From a virus (taxonomy: Duplodnaviria > Heunggongvirae > Uroviricota > Caudoviricetes): a DNA stretch of 8,305 nt. This document shows positions 1 to 7,035 of the stretch, in pieces. Positions within the stretch are counted from its first letter, which is position 1. Each line of letters opens with the position of its first letter. The position numbers were made by a program, and so were the translations under genes. The stretch lies in the IMG/VR virus record IMGVR_UViG_2711768023_000009; one strand, given 5' to 3'. The notes under the pieces were generated by a model. The model did no database searches. It was not told where the DNA came from and saw only the letters and a list, made by a program, of their open reading frames with translations.

Positions 1-570
1 GCTAAAATTTCTTTTTTTCATTGGAGCACCTGTGTTGTTCTGAGGTGAGCATATCACCTCTGTTCAGGTGGCCAAATTCAGTGTGCCACTTCATTGTCGG
101 TCAGGTTACGTAGTGAACCTCTGGCAGGGGACTGATAATGCATCATTCTGGTGTTGTAAATATCTCTTCGGACAACTTACAAAATATTCTAAGCAAACCC
201 CGGGAACACACTCTTAACTGCCTTGGCTGGCGGTTTTTTGTACAGTGCTCGGTATGTGTGAGCTGGAAATCAGATTTTGCATGGACTGGAATCATGCTGT
301 TATTTAGGGGCGAAGAACTGGCTTTTTCTTCCGCCTTCTCACCAGTAACGATTAGAAAAATAATGAAATGCCCCCCTCCGGGGAGGAGGACCGTAGAAAA
401 AAGGACCCGCCAGCAAAAACATTGGGGATGAACAGCTTTCGCTACTCAGATTGCTGGCGGGTAAAGTTCCTCATGAATTAAGAATGCTACGCGATCTTTT
501 TTAATGGAAATGAAAATTATTGTCAATTAGTCGTGCGTGTTTTTTCATACAATATTGGTAAAGGTGATTC

Positions 571-606
571 AGGCCATCAGAGTTTTGCTGATGGCCTTTT
601 TTCTTT
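571..606 (+). terminator. Rho-independent terminator (possibly the late-operon tR'-like terminator)
   Basis: Perfect 10-bp inverted repeat aggccatcag (571-580) / ctgatggcct (588-597) with a 7-nt loop, followed directly by tttttcttt on the + strand. Assignment as the late terminator is inference from its position upstream of the lysis genes. Confidence 0.6.
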
Positions 607-625
607 CCGATAGCACAGGTCTGTC

Positions 626-999
626 GGGGGGGTGCCCCTATTAAGTTGTCAAGCATGTTATGACCCCTGCGGGGTATAAAAAGTCCCGTCGCGCATCATG
701 GCGAACAGAACGTCGCAGCGTCGTCTCGCCAGGGCGATAAGCGCCTGATTGTGTCGTTTTCCCTGACTCATTTTGCGGGTGTAGTAAGCCCTGGAGAGCG
801 GATCCCTGAGCGCGGCGAAGGCCGACAGGAACAACGCCCGTTTGAGAGCTTTATTACCCCGTCGCGAGGGATGCTCACCGCGTATTGACGAGCCGGATCG
901 CCGAGTTACCGGCGCAAGGCCAGCATAAGCAGCGAGATGTGCGGCAGAGGCGAAGGCGCGGCAGGCGACCTCGGTGAGGAGTCTGGCTGCGGTCCTGAC
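626..999. repeat. Exact direct duplicate of 1054-1426 (IS110-family element 3' terminus plus 3' end of its transposase gene), abutting an N run
   Basis: Read directly: from the G-run at 626-632 through 999 the sequence is identical base for base to 1054-1426. The minus-strand ORF 658-1083 is the duplicated transposase C-terminus running into the Ns. Confidence 0.95.
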
Positions 1000-1053
1000 N
1001 NNNNNNNNNNNNNNNNNNNNNNNNNNNNNNNNNNNNNNNNNNNNNNNNNNNNN
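1000..1053. other. Assembly gap (54 N)
   Basis: Run of N. Confidence 0.99.
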
Positions 1054-1084
1054 GGGGGGTGCCCCTATTAAGTTGTCAAGCATG

Positions 1085-2281
1085 TTATGACCCCTGCGGG
1101 GTATAAAAAGTCCCGTCGCGCATCATGGCGAACAGAACGTCGCAGCGTCGTCTCGCCAGGGCGATAAGCGCCTGATTGTGTCGTTTTCCCTGACTCATTT
1201 TGCGGGTGTAGTAAGCCCTGGAGAGCGGATCCCTGAGCGCGGCGAAGGCCGACAGGAACAACGCCCGTTTGAGAGCTTTATTACCCCGTCGCGAGGGATG
1301 CTCACCGCGTATTGACGAGCCGGATCGCCGAGTTACCGGCGCAAGGCCAGCATAAGCAGCGAGATGTGCGGCAGAGGCGAAGGCGCGGCAGGCGACCTCG
1401 GTGAGGAGTCTGGCTGCGGTCCTGACACCGACTCCGGGCATACTGGTCAGGACCGGGTAAAGAGGGTGAGCAAGAACTCGCTGTTCTACCTCAAGCGCCA
1501 CCTCGTCTCTTTGCTTACGCAGCGTGATGAGCTGGAGTGCCAGACGTGGCAGTACTACGGCAGCGGCATTCGTGCCGGGAACGACGACGGTTTGTTCGGC
1601 CAGTGCCTGAGCTATGTCTGCTGCAAGGCGTTTACCCAGACGAGGCGCAAGTTTGCAGAGCTGGGCTGCCAGCTTCTTCTCACCCAGCGAAGCGAGTTTT
1701 TCTGGTGAGGGATATCGCTGGAGAAGATCGAGTACCGCCGGGTGCTCAAGTCTCGGACCGAGAACGCGCTCCAGTGCCGGATGTATCTGGGTCAGAAGGC
1801 CGCGGATACGGTTGCTGGCCTGCGTTGTCTGTGCGGCAAGATCATCATCGAAGCCGCAGAGCATGGAGAGTTCGGCGATTTGCTCGTCAGCCAGTTTCAG
1901 CGTGCGTAGCGCGTGAGGCAGGGTACGGGCAGCTTCGGCAATGATGGCAGCGTCACGAGCATCAGTTTTAGCTTCACCGGCGTGTAAGTCGGCTATGCGG
2001 CGCATGGCCAGTCCAGGGAGGTATCCGACAAGGACTCCTTCTGAGCGGGCAACGGCGACAGGTAACGCACCGATGGTAGCTGGCTGATCAACAACCAGCA
2101 GTATCTGACCATGTTGTTTCAGGTCAGATATTAGCGACCTGAGTTTGTTTTCGTCGTTGGGTAATGCTTTATCGAACAGGCGTTTACCTGAACGATTAAT
2201 GGCAACAGCGTGATGCGTATCTTTACCGACATCAACGCCGATAAAGACCTGGACGGATTCGTAATCGCTGGATTCGGTCAT
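1085..2281 (-). CDS. IS110-family transposase/recombinase (DEDD-type), 398 aa
   Basis: ORF of 398 aa. N-terminal RuvC-like DEDD motifs (VFIGVDVGKDTHHAVAI; KTDARDAAIIAEAAR) and C-terminal Transposase_20-type region (PGVGVRTAARLLTEV; YAGLAPVTRRSGSSIRG...RRGNKALKRAL with the conserved Ser). Shine-Dalgarno-like gggag lies 5 nt upstream of the ATG on the minus strand. I do not recognise the specific IS name. Confidence 0.9.
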   Translation of the reverse strand: MTESSDYESVQVFIGVDVGKDTHHAVAINRSGKRLFDKALPNDENKLRSLISDLKQHGQILLVVDQPATIGALPVAVARSEGVLVGYLPGLAMRRIADLHAGEAKTDARDAAIIAEAARTLPHALRTLKLADEQIAELSMLCGFDDDLAAQTTQASNRIRGLLTQIHPALERVLGPRLEHPAVLDLLQRYPSPEKLASLGEKKLAAQLCKLAPRLGKRLAADIAQALAEQTVVVPGTNAAAVVLPRLALQLITLRKQRDEVALEVEQRVLAHPLYPVLTSMPGVGVRTAARLLTEVACRAFASAAHLAAYAGLAPVTRRSGSSIRGEHPSRRGNKALKRALFLSAFAALRDPLSRAYYTRKMSQGKRHNQALIALARRRCDVLFAMMRDGTFYTPQGS

Positions 2282-2292
2282 TCTGTCTCCCT

Positions 2293-2512
2293 TGTATATG
2301 GGTTAACCAGATAACCACGGGGAGCAGGTACCGGCATCCACGTTACAGACGGTCCCGGCAAAAGTGCCTGACCTGACCCCTATTAGCGGTTACCAGCGCC
2401 CCACCAGACCCGGTGACATCACCCCCCGGATCATGGACGACTGGGGGCAGTAATCATGCCGGGTCTGGCTGGCTAACACCCCATTATAAGGGGTACGAAT
2501 AAAGTAACGGGG
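2293..2512 (-). ncRNA. Candidate bridge RNA / structured 5' non-coding RNA of the IS110-family element (truncated by gap)
   Basis: About 220 nt of GC-rich non-coding sequence immediately 5' of the transposase. Several hairpins are visible, e.g. cccgg-at-catg ... catg-ccggg (about 2428-2467), ggtgacatcacc (about 2418-2429) and cccc-attataa-gggg (about 2483-2497). A 9-mer cccctatta (2377-2385) also occurs at the opposite IS terminus (635-643). IS110-group elements are known to encode a bridge RNA in this position. Boundaries are unknown. Confidence 0.3.
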
Positions 2513-2996
2513 NNNNNNNNNNNNNNNNNNNNNNNNNNNNNNNNNNNNNNNNNNNNNNNNNNNNNNNNNNNNNNNNNNNNNNNNNNNNNNNNNNNNNNNN
2601 NNNNNNNNNNNNNNNNNNNNNNNNNNNNNNNNNNNNNNNNNNNNNNNNNNNNNNNNNNNNNNNNNNNNNNNNNNNNNNNNNNNNNNNNNNNNNNNNNNNN
2701 NNNNNNNNNNNNNNNNNNNNNNNNNNNNNNNNNNNNNNNNNNNNNNNNNNNNNNNNNNNNNNNNNNNNNNNNNNNNNNNNNNNNNNNNNNNNNNNNNNNN
2801 NNNNNNNNNNNNNNNNNNNNNNNNNNNNNNNNNNNNNNNNNNNNNNNNNNNNNNNNNNNNNNNNNNNNNNNNNNNNNNNNNNNNNNNNNNNNNNNNNNNN
2901 NNNNNNNNNNNNNNNNNNNNNNNNNNNNNNNNNNNNNNNNNNNNNNNNNNNNNNNNNNNNNNNNNNNNNNNNNNNNNNNNNNNNNNNNNNNNNNNN
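2513..2996. other. Assembly gap (484 N); hides the 5' end of the IS and the region just upstream of the holin
   Basis: Run of N. Confidence 0.99.
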
Positions 2997-3006
2997 GGGG
3001 CGGGAT

Positions 3007-3222
3007 ATGTATCAGATGGAAAAAATATCAACAGGCATTGCCTACGGCACCTCCGCCGGCAGTGCCGGCTACTGGTTTTTGCAGTGGTTGGATCAGGTCA
3101 GTCCATCACAGTGGGCTGCGATTGGTGTGCTGGGAAGTCTGCTTCTGGGGCTTCTGACTTATCTGACAAATCTGTATTTCAAAATAAGAGAAGACAAGCG
3201 TAAGGCTGCGAGAGGTGAATAA
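3007..3222 (+). CDS. S: Holin/antiholin, phage-21 S-like pinholin, 71 aa with dual-start motif
   Basis: 71-aa [74 protein letters not shown], near-identical from recollection to the phage 21 S pinholin. Met1 and Met4 give the 71/68-aa dual-start arrangement, and there are two hydrophobic helices and a charged C-terminus. The stop overlaps the next start (TAATG). Confidence 0.9.
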   Translation: MYQMEKISTGIAYGTSAGSAGYWFLQWLDQVSPSQWAAIGVLGSLLLGLLTYLTNLYFKIREDKRKAARGE

Positions 3223-3595
3223 TGTCGCCATCATTACGCAAGGCTGTTGCAGCTGCTATTGGTGGTGGGGCTGTTGCTATAGCATCTGTGTTAATCACTG
3301 GCCCAGGTGGTAACGATGGTCTGGAAGGTGTCAGCTACATACCATACAAAGATATCATTGGTGTATGGACTGTATGTCACGGACACACCGGAAAAGACAT
3401 CATGCTCGGTAAAACGTATACCGAAGCAGAATGCAAAGCCCTCCTGAATAAAGACCTTGCCACTGTCGCCAGACAAATTAACCCGTACATCAAAGTCGAT
3501 ATACCGGAAACAACGCGCGGCGCTCTTTACTCGTTCGTTTACAACGTGGGCGCTGGCAATTTCAGAACATCGACGCTTCTTCGCAAAATAAACCA
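3222..3595 (+). CDS. R: SAR endolysin (phage-21 R-like lysozyme), 3' end lost in gap
   Basis: N-terminus [30 protein letters not shown] is a Gly/Ala-rich signal-anchor-release domain, followed by lysozyme core motifs ([10 protein letters not shown]...[11 protein letters not shown]...). Matches the phage 21 SAR endolysin from memory. Start is translationally coupled to the holin. Truncated by the N run at 3596. Confidence 0.85.
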
Positions 3596-3925
3596 NNNNN
3601 NNNNNNNNNNNNNNNNNNNNNNNNNNNNNNNNNNNNNNNNNNNNNNNNNNNNNNNNNNNNNNNNNNNNNNNNNNNNNNNNNNNNNNNNNNNNNNNNNNNN
3701 NNNNNNNNNNNNNNNNNNNNNNNNNNNNNNNNNNNNNNNNNNNNNNNNNNNNNNNNNNNNNNNNNNNNNNNNNNNNNNNNNNNNNNNNNNNNNNNNNNNN
3801 NNNNNNNNNNNNNNNNNNNNNNNNNNNNNNNNNNNNNNNNNNNNNNNNNNNNNNNNNNNNNNNNNNNNNNNNNNNNNNNNNNNNNNNNNNNNNNNNNNNN
3901 NNNNNNNNNNNNNNNNNNNNNNNNN
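3596..3925. other. Assembly gap (330 N); hides endolysin 3' end and the starts of Rz and Rz1
   Basis: Run of N. Confidence 0.99.
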
Positions 3926-4102
3926 GCAGTCTGTCAGTCAGTGCGTGAAGCCACCACCGCCTCCGGCGTGGATAATGCAACCAGCCCCCGACTGGCAGAC
4001 ACCGCTGAACGGGATTATTTCACCCTCAGAGAGCGGCTGATGACGATGCAGATGCAACTGGAAGGGGCACAGGAGTATATCCGCACTCAGTGCATTAAGT
4101 AG
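3926..4102 (+). CDS. Rz: Rz i-spanin, C-terminal part (5' end in gap)
   Basis: Frame ending at TAG 4100-4102 translates to ...AVCQSVREATTASGVDNATSPRLADTAERDYFTLRERLMTMQMQLEGAQEYIRTQCIK, closely matching the lambda Rz C-terminus as I recall it. Confidence 0.85.
   Translation, partial: AVCQSVREATTASGVDNATSPRLADTAERDYFTLRERLMTMQMQLEGAQEYIRTQCIK
3927..4040 (+). CDS. Rz1: Rz1 o-spanin, C-terminal part, embedded in the +1 frame of Rz (5' end in gap)
   Basis: Translation QSVSQCVKPPPPPAWIMQPAPDWQTPLNGIISPSESG is almost identical to the lambda Rz1 C-terminus, including the proline-rich segment. The lipobox cysteine would lie in the gap. Confidence 0.8.
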   Translation, partial: QSVSQCVKPPPPPAWIMQPAPDWQTPLNGIISPSESG

Positions 4103-4144
4103 CCTTTTTATCGTGGTAAACATTTCGCAGGGTATGAGGTATTT

Positions 4145-4495
4145 ATGCCATCACTAATCCCACGTGCCTGCCGTAAGCGTGGATGTGCAGGTACAACCAC
4201 AGACAGTTCGGGTTACTGCGATAAACATCGCGGTGAAGGCTGGGTGCAGCACCAGCGCGGACTGAGCCGCCACCAGCGTGGCTATGGCTCAAAATGGACG
4301 GTGATTCGTGCCCGTATTCTGAAGCGCGATAAAGGTCTGTGTCAGTTGTGTCTGCGTGTCGGTGTGGTGAGCGAGGCGAAAACCGTCGACCACATCATCC
4401 CGAAAGCGCATGGCGGAACAGACGCAGACAGCAACCTGCAGAGTCTGTGCTGGCCCTGCCATAAAGCGAAAACAGCGCGCGAACGAATCCGGTGA
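4145..4495 (+). CDS. Phage HNH endonuclease (terminase-associated, HK97 gp74-like), 116 aa
   Basis: HNH motif DHIIPKAHGG...N...LCWPCH plus an N-terminal Cys cluster (CRKRGCAG...YCDKH). Shine-Dalgarno gaggt 6 nt upstream of the ATG. Sits immediately upstream of the terminase genes, as in HK97-type packaging modules. Confidence 0.85.
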   Translation: MPSLIPRACRKRGCAGTTTDSSGYCDKHRGEGWVQHQRGLSRHQRGYGSKWTVIRARILKRDKGLCQLCLRVGVVSEAKTVDHIIPKAHGGTDADSNLQSLCWPCHKAKTARERIR

Positions 4496-4616
4496 TAATT
4501 ATTCTCACTTGTAGGGAGGGGCGGGGCAAATCCCTGTGACCTGACGTCTTCCGGACTGCCCGCCCCATCGTTTTTTTATACCCGCGAAAAATGAAATTTA
4601 ACCAGGAGTGCCGCAT
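4496..4616. promoter_or_regulatory. Putative cos (packaging) site region between the HNH and small terminase genes
   Basis: In HK97-like phages cos lies between the HNH gene and terS. The region carries a GC-rich imperfect dyad ggggcggggc (4518-4527) / gcccgcccc (4558-4566) followed by ttttttt, then an A/T-rich block (cgaaaaatgaaattta). The segment aggggcggggcaaatcc loosely resembles the lambda cosN core GGGCGGCGACCT. Exact cleavage site is not determinable from sequence. Confidence 0.3.
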
Positions 4617-5111
4617 ATGGCTGGAACGGCGGGGCGTTCCGGGCGTCGCCCCAAGCCAACGGCGCGCAAGGCGCTGGCCGGAAACCCCGGCAAGCGAGCC
4701 CTGAACAAAGATGAACCTGTTTTTACGCCCATCAAAGGTGTTGAGCCACCAGAGTGGTTCGCTGAAGAAGATCTCCCTCTCGCCACGATCATGTGGCAAC
4801 TGACAACCAAAGAACTCTGCGGTCAGGGCCTGCTGTGCGTGACTGACCTGGCGGTACTTGAGCGGTGGTGCGTGGCCTATGAGTTCTGGCGACGTGCCGT
4901 GAAAAATATTGCCATACAGGGCAACACCATCACCGGTGCAATGGGCGGCAGGGTCAAAAATCCGGAGCTGACCGCCAAAAAAGAACAGGAGTCCGAGATG
5001 AGCAGCACGGGGGCAATGCTCGGACTCGACCCCAGCAGCCGCCAGCGTCTGATTGGCCTGGCGGGGCAGAAGAAAGCCACTAACCCGTTTCTGAAAATTA
5101 TCGAATCATGA
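4617..5111 (+). CDS. Terminase small subunit (P27/HK97-type)
   Basis: ATG at 4617 is preceded by aggag (4604-4608); the ORF track's 4608 start is an in-frame GTG. The stop overlaps the large terminase start (ATGA at 5108-5111), indicating translational coupling. Size (about 164 aa) and position fit HK97/P27-family small terminases. Confidence 0.8.
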   Translation: MAGTAGRSGRRPKPTARKALAGNPGKRALNKDEPVFTPIKGVEPPEWFAEEDLPLATIMWQLTTKELCGQGLLCVTDLAVLERWCVAYEFWRRAVKNIAIQGNTITGAMGGRVKNPELTAKKEQESEMSSTGAMLGLDPSSRQRLIGLAGQKKATNPFLKIIES

Positions 5112-6841
5112 GCCGGAAATCTTACCCCAACGTAAATGCTGCAAATCAGTATGCCCGGGATGTCGTGCGCGGAAAGATTGTTGCCTGCCAGTTTGTGATT
5201 CAGGCCTGCCAGCGCCATCTTGATGACCTGATGGCGGAAAAAAGTAAGTCGTTTCGTTACCGCTTCGACAAGGACCTGGCTGAACGGGCCGCGAAATTTA
5301 TTCAGCTGTTGCCGCACACCAAGGGGGAGTGGGCATTCAAACGGATGCCCATCACGCTGGAGCCGTGGCAGCTATTTGTGATCTGCTGTGCGTTTGGCTG
5401 GGTCAATAAAGGCACCCGGTTGCGCCGCTTCCGGGAGGTGTACACCGAAATCCCCCGTAAGAACGGCAAATCAGCAATCTCTGCCGGTGTTGCCCTGTAT
5501 TGTTTTGCCTGTGATAACGAGTTTGGCGCGGAAGTGTATTCCGGTGCCACGACAGAGAAACAGGCGTGGGAAGTCTTTCGCCCGGCGCGACTGATGTGTA
5601 AACGCACACCCATGCTGACGGAAGCGTTCGGGATTGAGGTTAACGCCTCAAACATGAACCGTCCGGAGGATGGCGCGCGGTTTGAACCGCTGATCGGCAA
5701 CCCAGGTGATGGTTCATCACCCCACTGTGCCGTGGTTGATGAATATCACGAGCATGCCACCGATGCGCTTTATACCACAATGCTTACCGGGATGGGGGCG
5801 CGACGTCAGCCACTGATGTGGGCCATCACCACCGCCGGGTACAACATTGAGGGGCCGTGCTACGACAAGCGGCGGGAAGTCATCGAGATGCTCAACGGCT
5901 CGGTGCCTAACGATGAACTGTTCGGGATCATCTATACCGTTGATGAAGGTGACGACTGGACCGGCCCGCAGGTGCTGGAAAAAGCCAATCCAAATATTGG
6001 CGTGTCGGTTTATCGCGAATTTTTGTTAAGTCAGCAGCAGCGTGCGAAAAATAACGCCCGTCTGGCAAACGTCTTTAAAACAAAACACCTCAATATCTGG
6101 GTGTCGGCGCGTTCGGCGTATTTCAACTTGGTGAGCTGGCAGAGCTGCGAGGATAAATCACTGACCCTTGAGCAGTTCGAGGGGCAGCCGTGCATTCTGG
6201 CCTTTGACCTGGCGCGTAAGCTGGATATGAACAGCATGGCGCGACTTTATACCCGCGAGATTGACGGTAAAACGCATTACTACAGTGTGGCCCCGCGTTT
6301 CTGGGTACCGTATGACACGGTGTACAGCGTCGAGAAAAATGAAGATCGACGGACAGCCGAACGCTTTCAGAAATGGGTGGAAATGGGCGTTCTGACCGTT
6401 ACCGATGGTGCGGAGGTGGATTATCGCTACATCCTCGAGGAGGCCAAAGCGGCGAACAAAATCAGCCCGGTCAGTGAGTCACCCATCGACCCCTTCGGGG
6501 CGACCGGGTTGTCACATGACCTTGCTGATGAAGACCTGAATCCCGTCACTATCGTCCAGAACTTCACCAATATGTCCGATCCGATGAAAGAGCTGGAAGC
6601 AGCGATTGAATCGGGACGTTTTCATCATGACGGCAATCCCATCATGACCTGGTGTATCGGCAACGTGGTCGGCAAAAACATGCCGGGTAACGATGATGTG
6701 GTGAAACCCGTCAAAGAGCAGGCGGAAAACAAAATCGATGGTGCAGTTGCGCTGATTATGGCGGTTGGCAGAGCCATGCTGTACGAGAAAGAAGACACGC
6801 TGTCTGACCACATTGAGTCCTACGGGATCCGCTCGCTTTAA
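5108..6841 (+). CDS. Terminase large subunit (HK97 family), 577 aa
   Basis: Long ORF directly coupled to the small terminase gene. The sequence is typical of HK97-family large terminases, with an N-terminal ATPase region and a C-terminal nuclease region (e.g. [22 protein letters not shown]). Called from recalled family similarity. Confidence 0.92.
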   Translation: MSRKSYPNVNAANQYARDVVRGKIVACQFVIQACQRHLDDLMAEKSKSFRYRFDKDLAERAAKFIQLLPHTKGEWAFKRMPITLEPWQLFVICCAFGWVNKGTRLRRFREVYTEIPRKNGKSAISAGVALYCFACDNEFGAEVYSGATTEKQAWEVFRPARLMCKRTPMLTEAFGIEVNASNMNRPEDGARFEPLIGNPGDGSSPHCAVVDEYHEHATDALYTTMLTGMGARRQPLMWAITTAGYNIEGPCYDKRREVIEMLNGSVPNDELFGIIYTVDEGDDWTGPQVLEKANPNIGVSVYREFLLSQQQRAKNNARLANVFKTKHLNIWVSARSAYFNLVSWQSCEDKSLTLEQFEGQPCILAFDLARKLDMNSMARLYTREIDGKTHYYSVAPRFWVPYDTVYSVEKNEDRRTAERFQKWVEMGVLTVTDGAEVDYRYILEEAKAANKISPVSESPIDPFGATGLSHDLADEDLNPVTIVQNFTNMSDPMKELEAAIESGRFHHDGNPIMTWCIGNVVGKNMPGNDDVVKPVKEQAENKIDGAVALIMAVGRAMLYEKEDTLSDHIESYGIRSL

Positions 6842-6852
6842 CTGAGGTAATT

Positions 6853-7035
6853 ATGATCATGCTGATTCTCGCGCCTCTGGTGGGCGTGCTGGGTGCGCTT
6901 TTGCTGGCGTATGGTGCCTGGCTGATTTATCCCCCGGCGGGTTTTGTTGTTGCCGGGGCGCTGTGCCTGTTCTGGTCGTGGCTGGTGGCGCGATATCTCG
7001 ACCGTACACGGCAGTCTGTCGGCGGAGGTAAATAG
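6853..7035 (+). CDS. Hypothetical small membrane protein (60 aa, two predicted transmembrane helices)
   Basis: [63 protein letters not shown]. Shine-Dalgarno gaggt at 6844-6848. Codon usage resembles neighbouring genes. It fills the terminase-portal intergenic space, and its 3' end carries the GGAGGT ribosome-binding site for the portal start at 7035. Confidence 0.45.
   Translation: MIMLILAPLVGVLGALLLAYGAWLIYPPAGFVVAGALCLFWSWLVARYLDRTRQSVGGGK

Larger units (their letters stand above)
1054..2512 (-). mobile_element. IS110-family insertion sequence; 3' end at about 1054-1060 (duplicated at 626-632), 5' end lost in the N run starting at 2513
   Basis: Contains an intact IS110-family transposase gene, is noticeably more GC-rich than the flanking phage DNA, has only about 30 bp between the transposase stop and the element end, and has a long structured non-coding region 5' of the gene, as expected for the IS110 subgroup. 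No terminal inverted repeats are visible, which fits this family. Confidence 0.8.

Noticed and set aside
138-431. 97-aa + strand ORF
   Set aside because: Translation is Cys/Trp/Arg-rich and low-complexity, with no convincing ribosome-binding site; the region looks like non-coding regulatory DNA.
658-1083. 141-aa minus-strand ORF resembling a transposase C-terminus
   Set aside because: It is the duplicated copy of the 3' end of the transposase gene running into the N gap, not an independent gene.
1364-1944. Three overlapping + strand ORFs (1364-1708, 1537-1944, 1614-1916)
   Set aside because: All lie antisense inside the well-supported transposase gene; they are typical spurious ORFs in GC-rich DNA with Arg/Ser-rich translations.
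2390-3031. 213-aa minus-strand ORF
   Set aside because: Almost entirely made of Ns (spans the 484-N gap); an artefact of translating the gap.
3291-4123. Minus-strand ORFs 3291-3980 and 3938-4123
   Set aside because: The first spans the N gap and lies antisense to the endolysin; the second is antisense to the well-supported Rz/Rz1 genes.
4537-4545. 9-mer tgacctgac shared between the cos-region candidate and the IS 5' non-coding region (2369-2377), as a possible bridge-RNA target match
   Set aside because: Around ten or more 9-mer matches are expected by chance between a 230-nt region and an 8-kb window, and the motif is a simple tandem of cctga; it is not evidence of targeting.
4395-6813. 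Multiple small ORFs on both strands within the HNH and terminase region (e.g. 4395-4799 -, 4598-4810 -, 4877-5317 -, 5302-5700 -, 5388-5594 +, 5403-5609 -, 5847-6029 +, 6031-6237 -, 6512-6811 -, 6625-6813 -)
   Set aside because: All overlap the strongly supported HNH, small terminase or large terminase genes in other frames or antisense, with no independent support.
6944-7034. Upstream ATG at 6944 as the portal start (giving the 415-aa ORF in the track)
   Set aside because: This extension overlaps the small membrane ORF, lacks a ribosome-binding site and translates to implausible sequence. The portal-like N-terminus with a strong ribosome-binding site is in another frame from GTG 7035.
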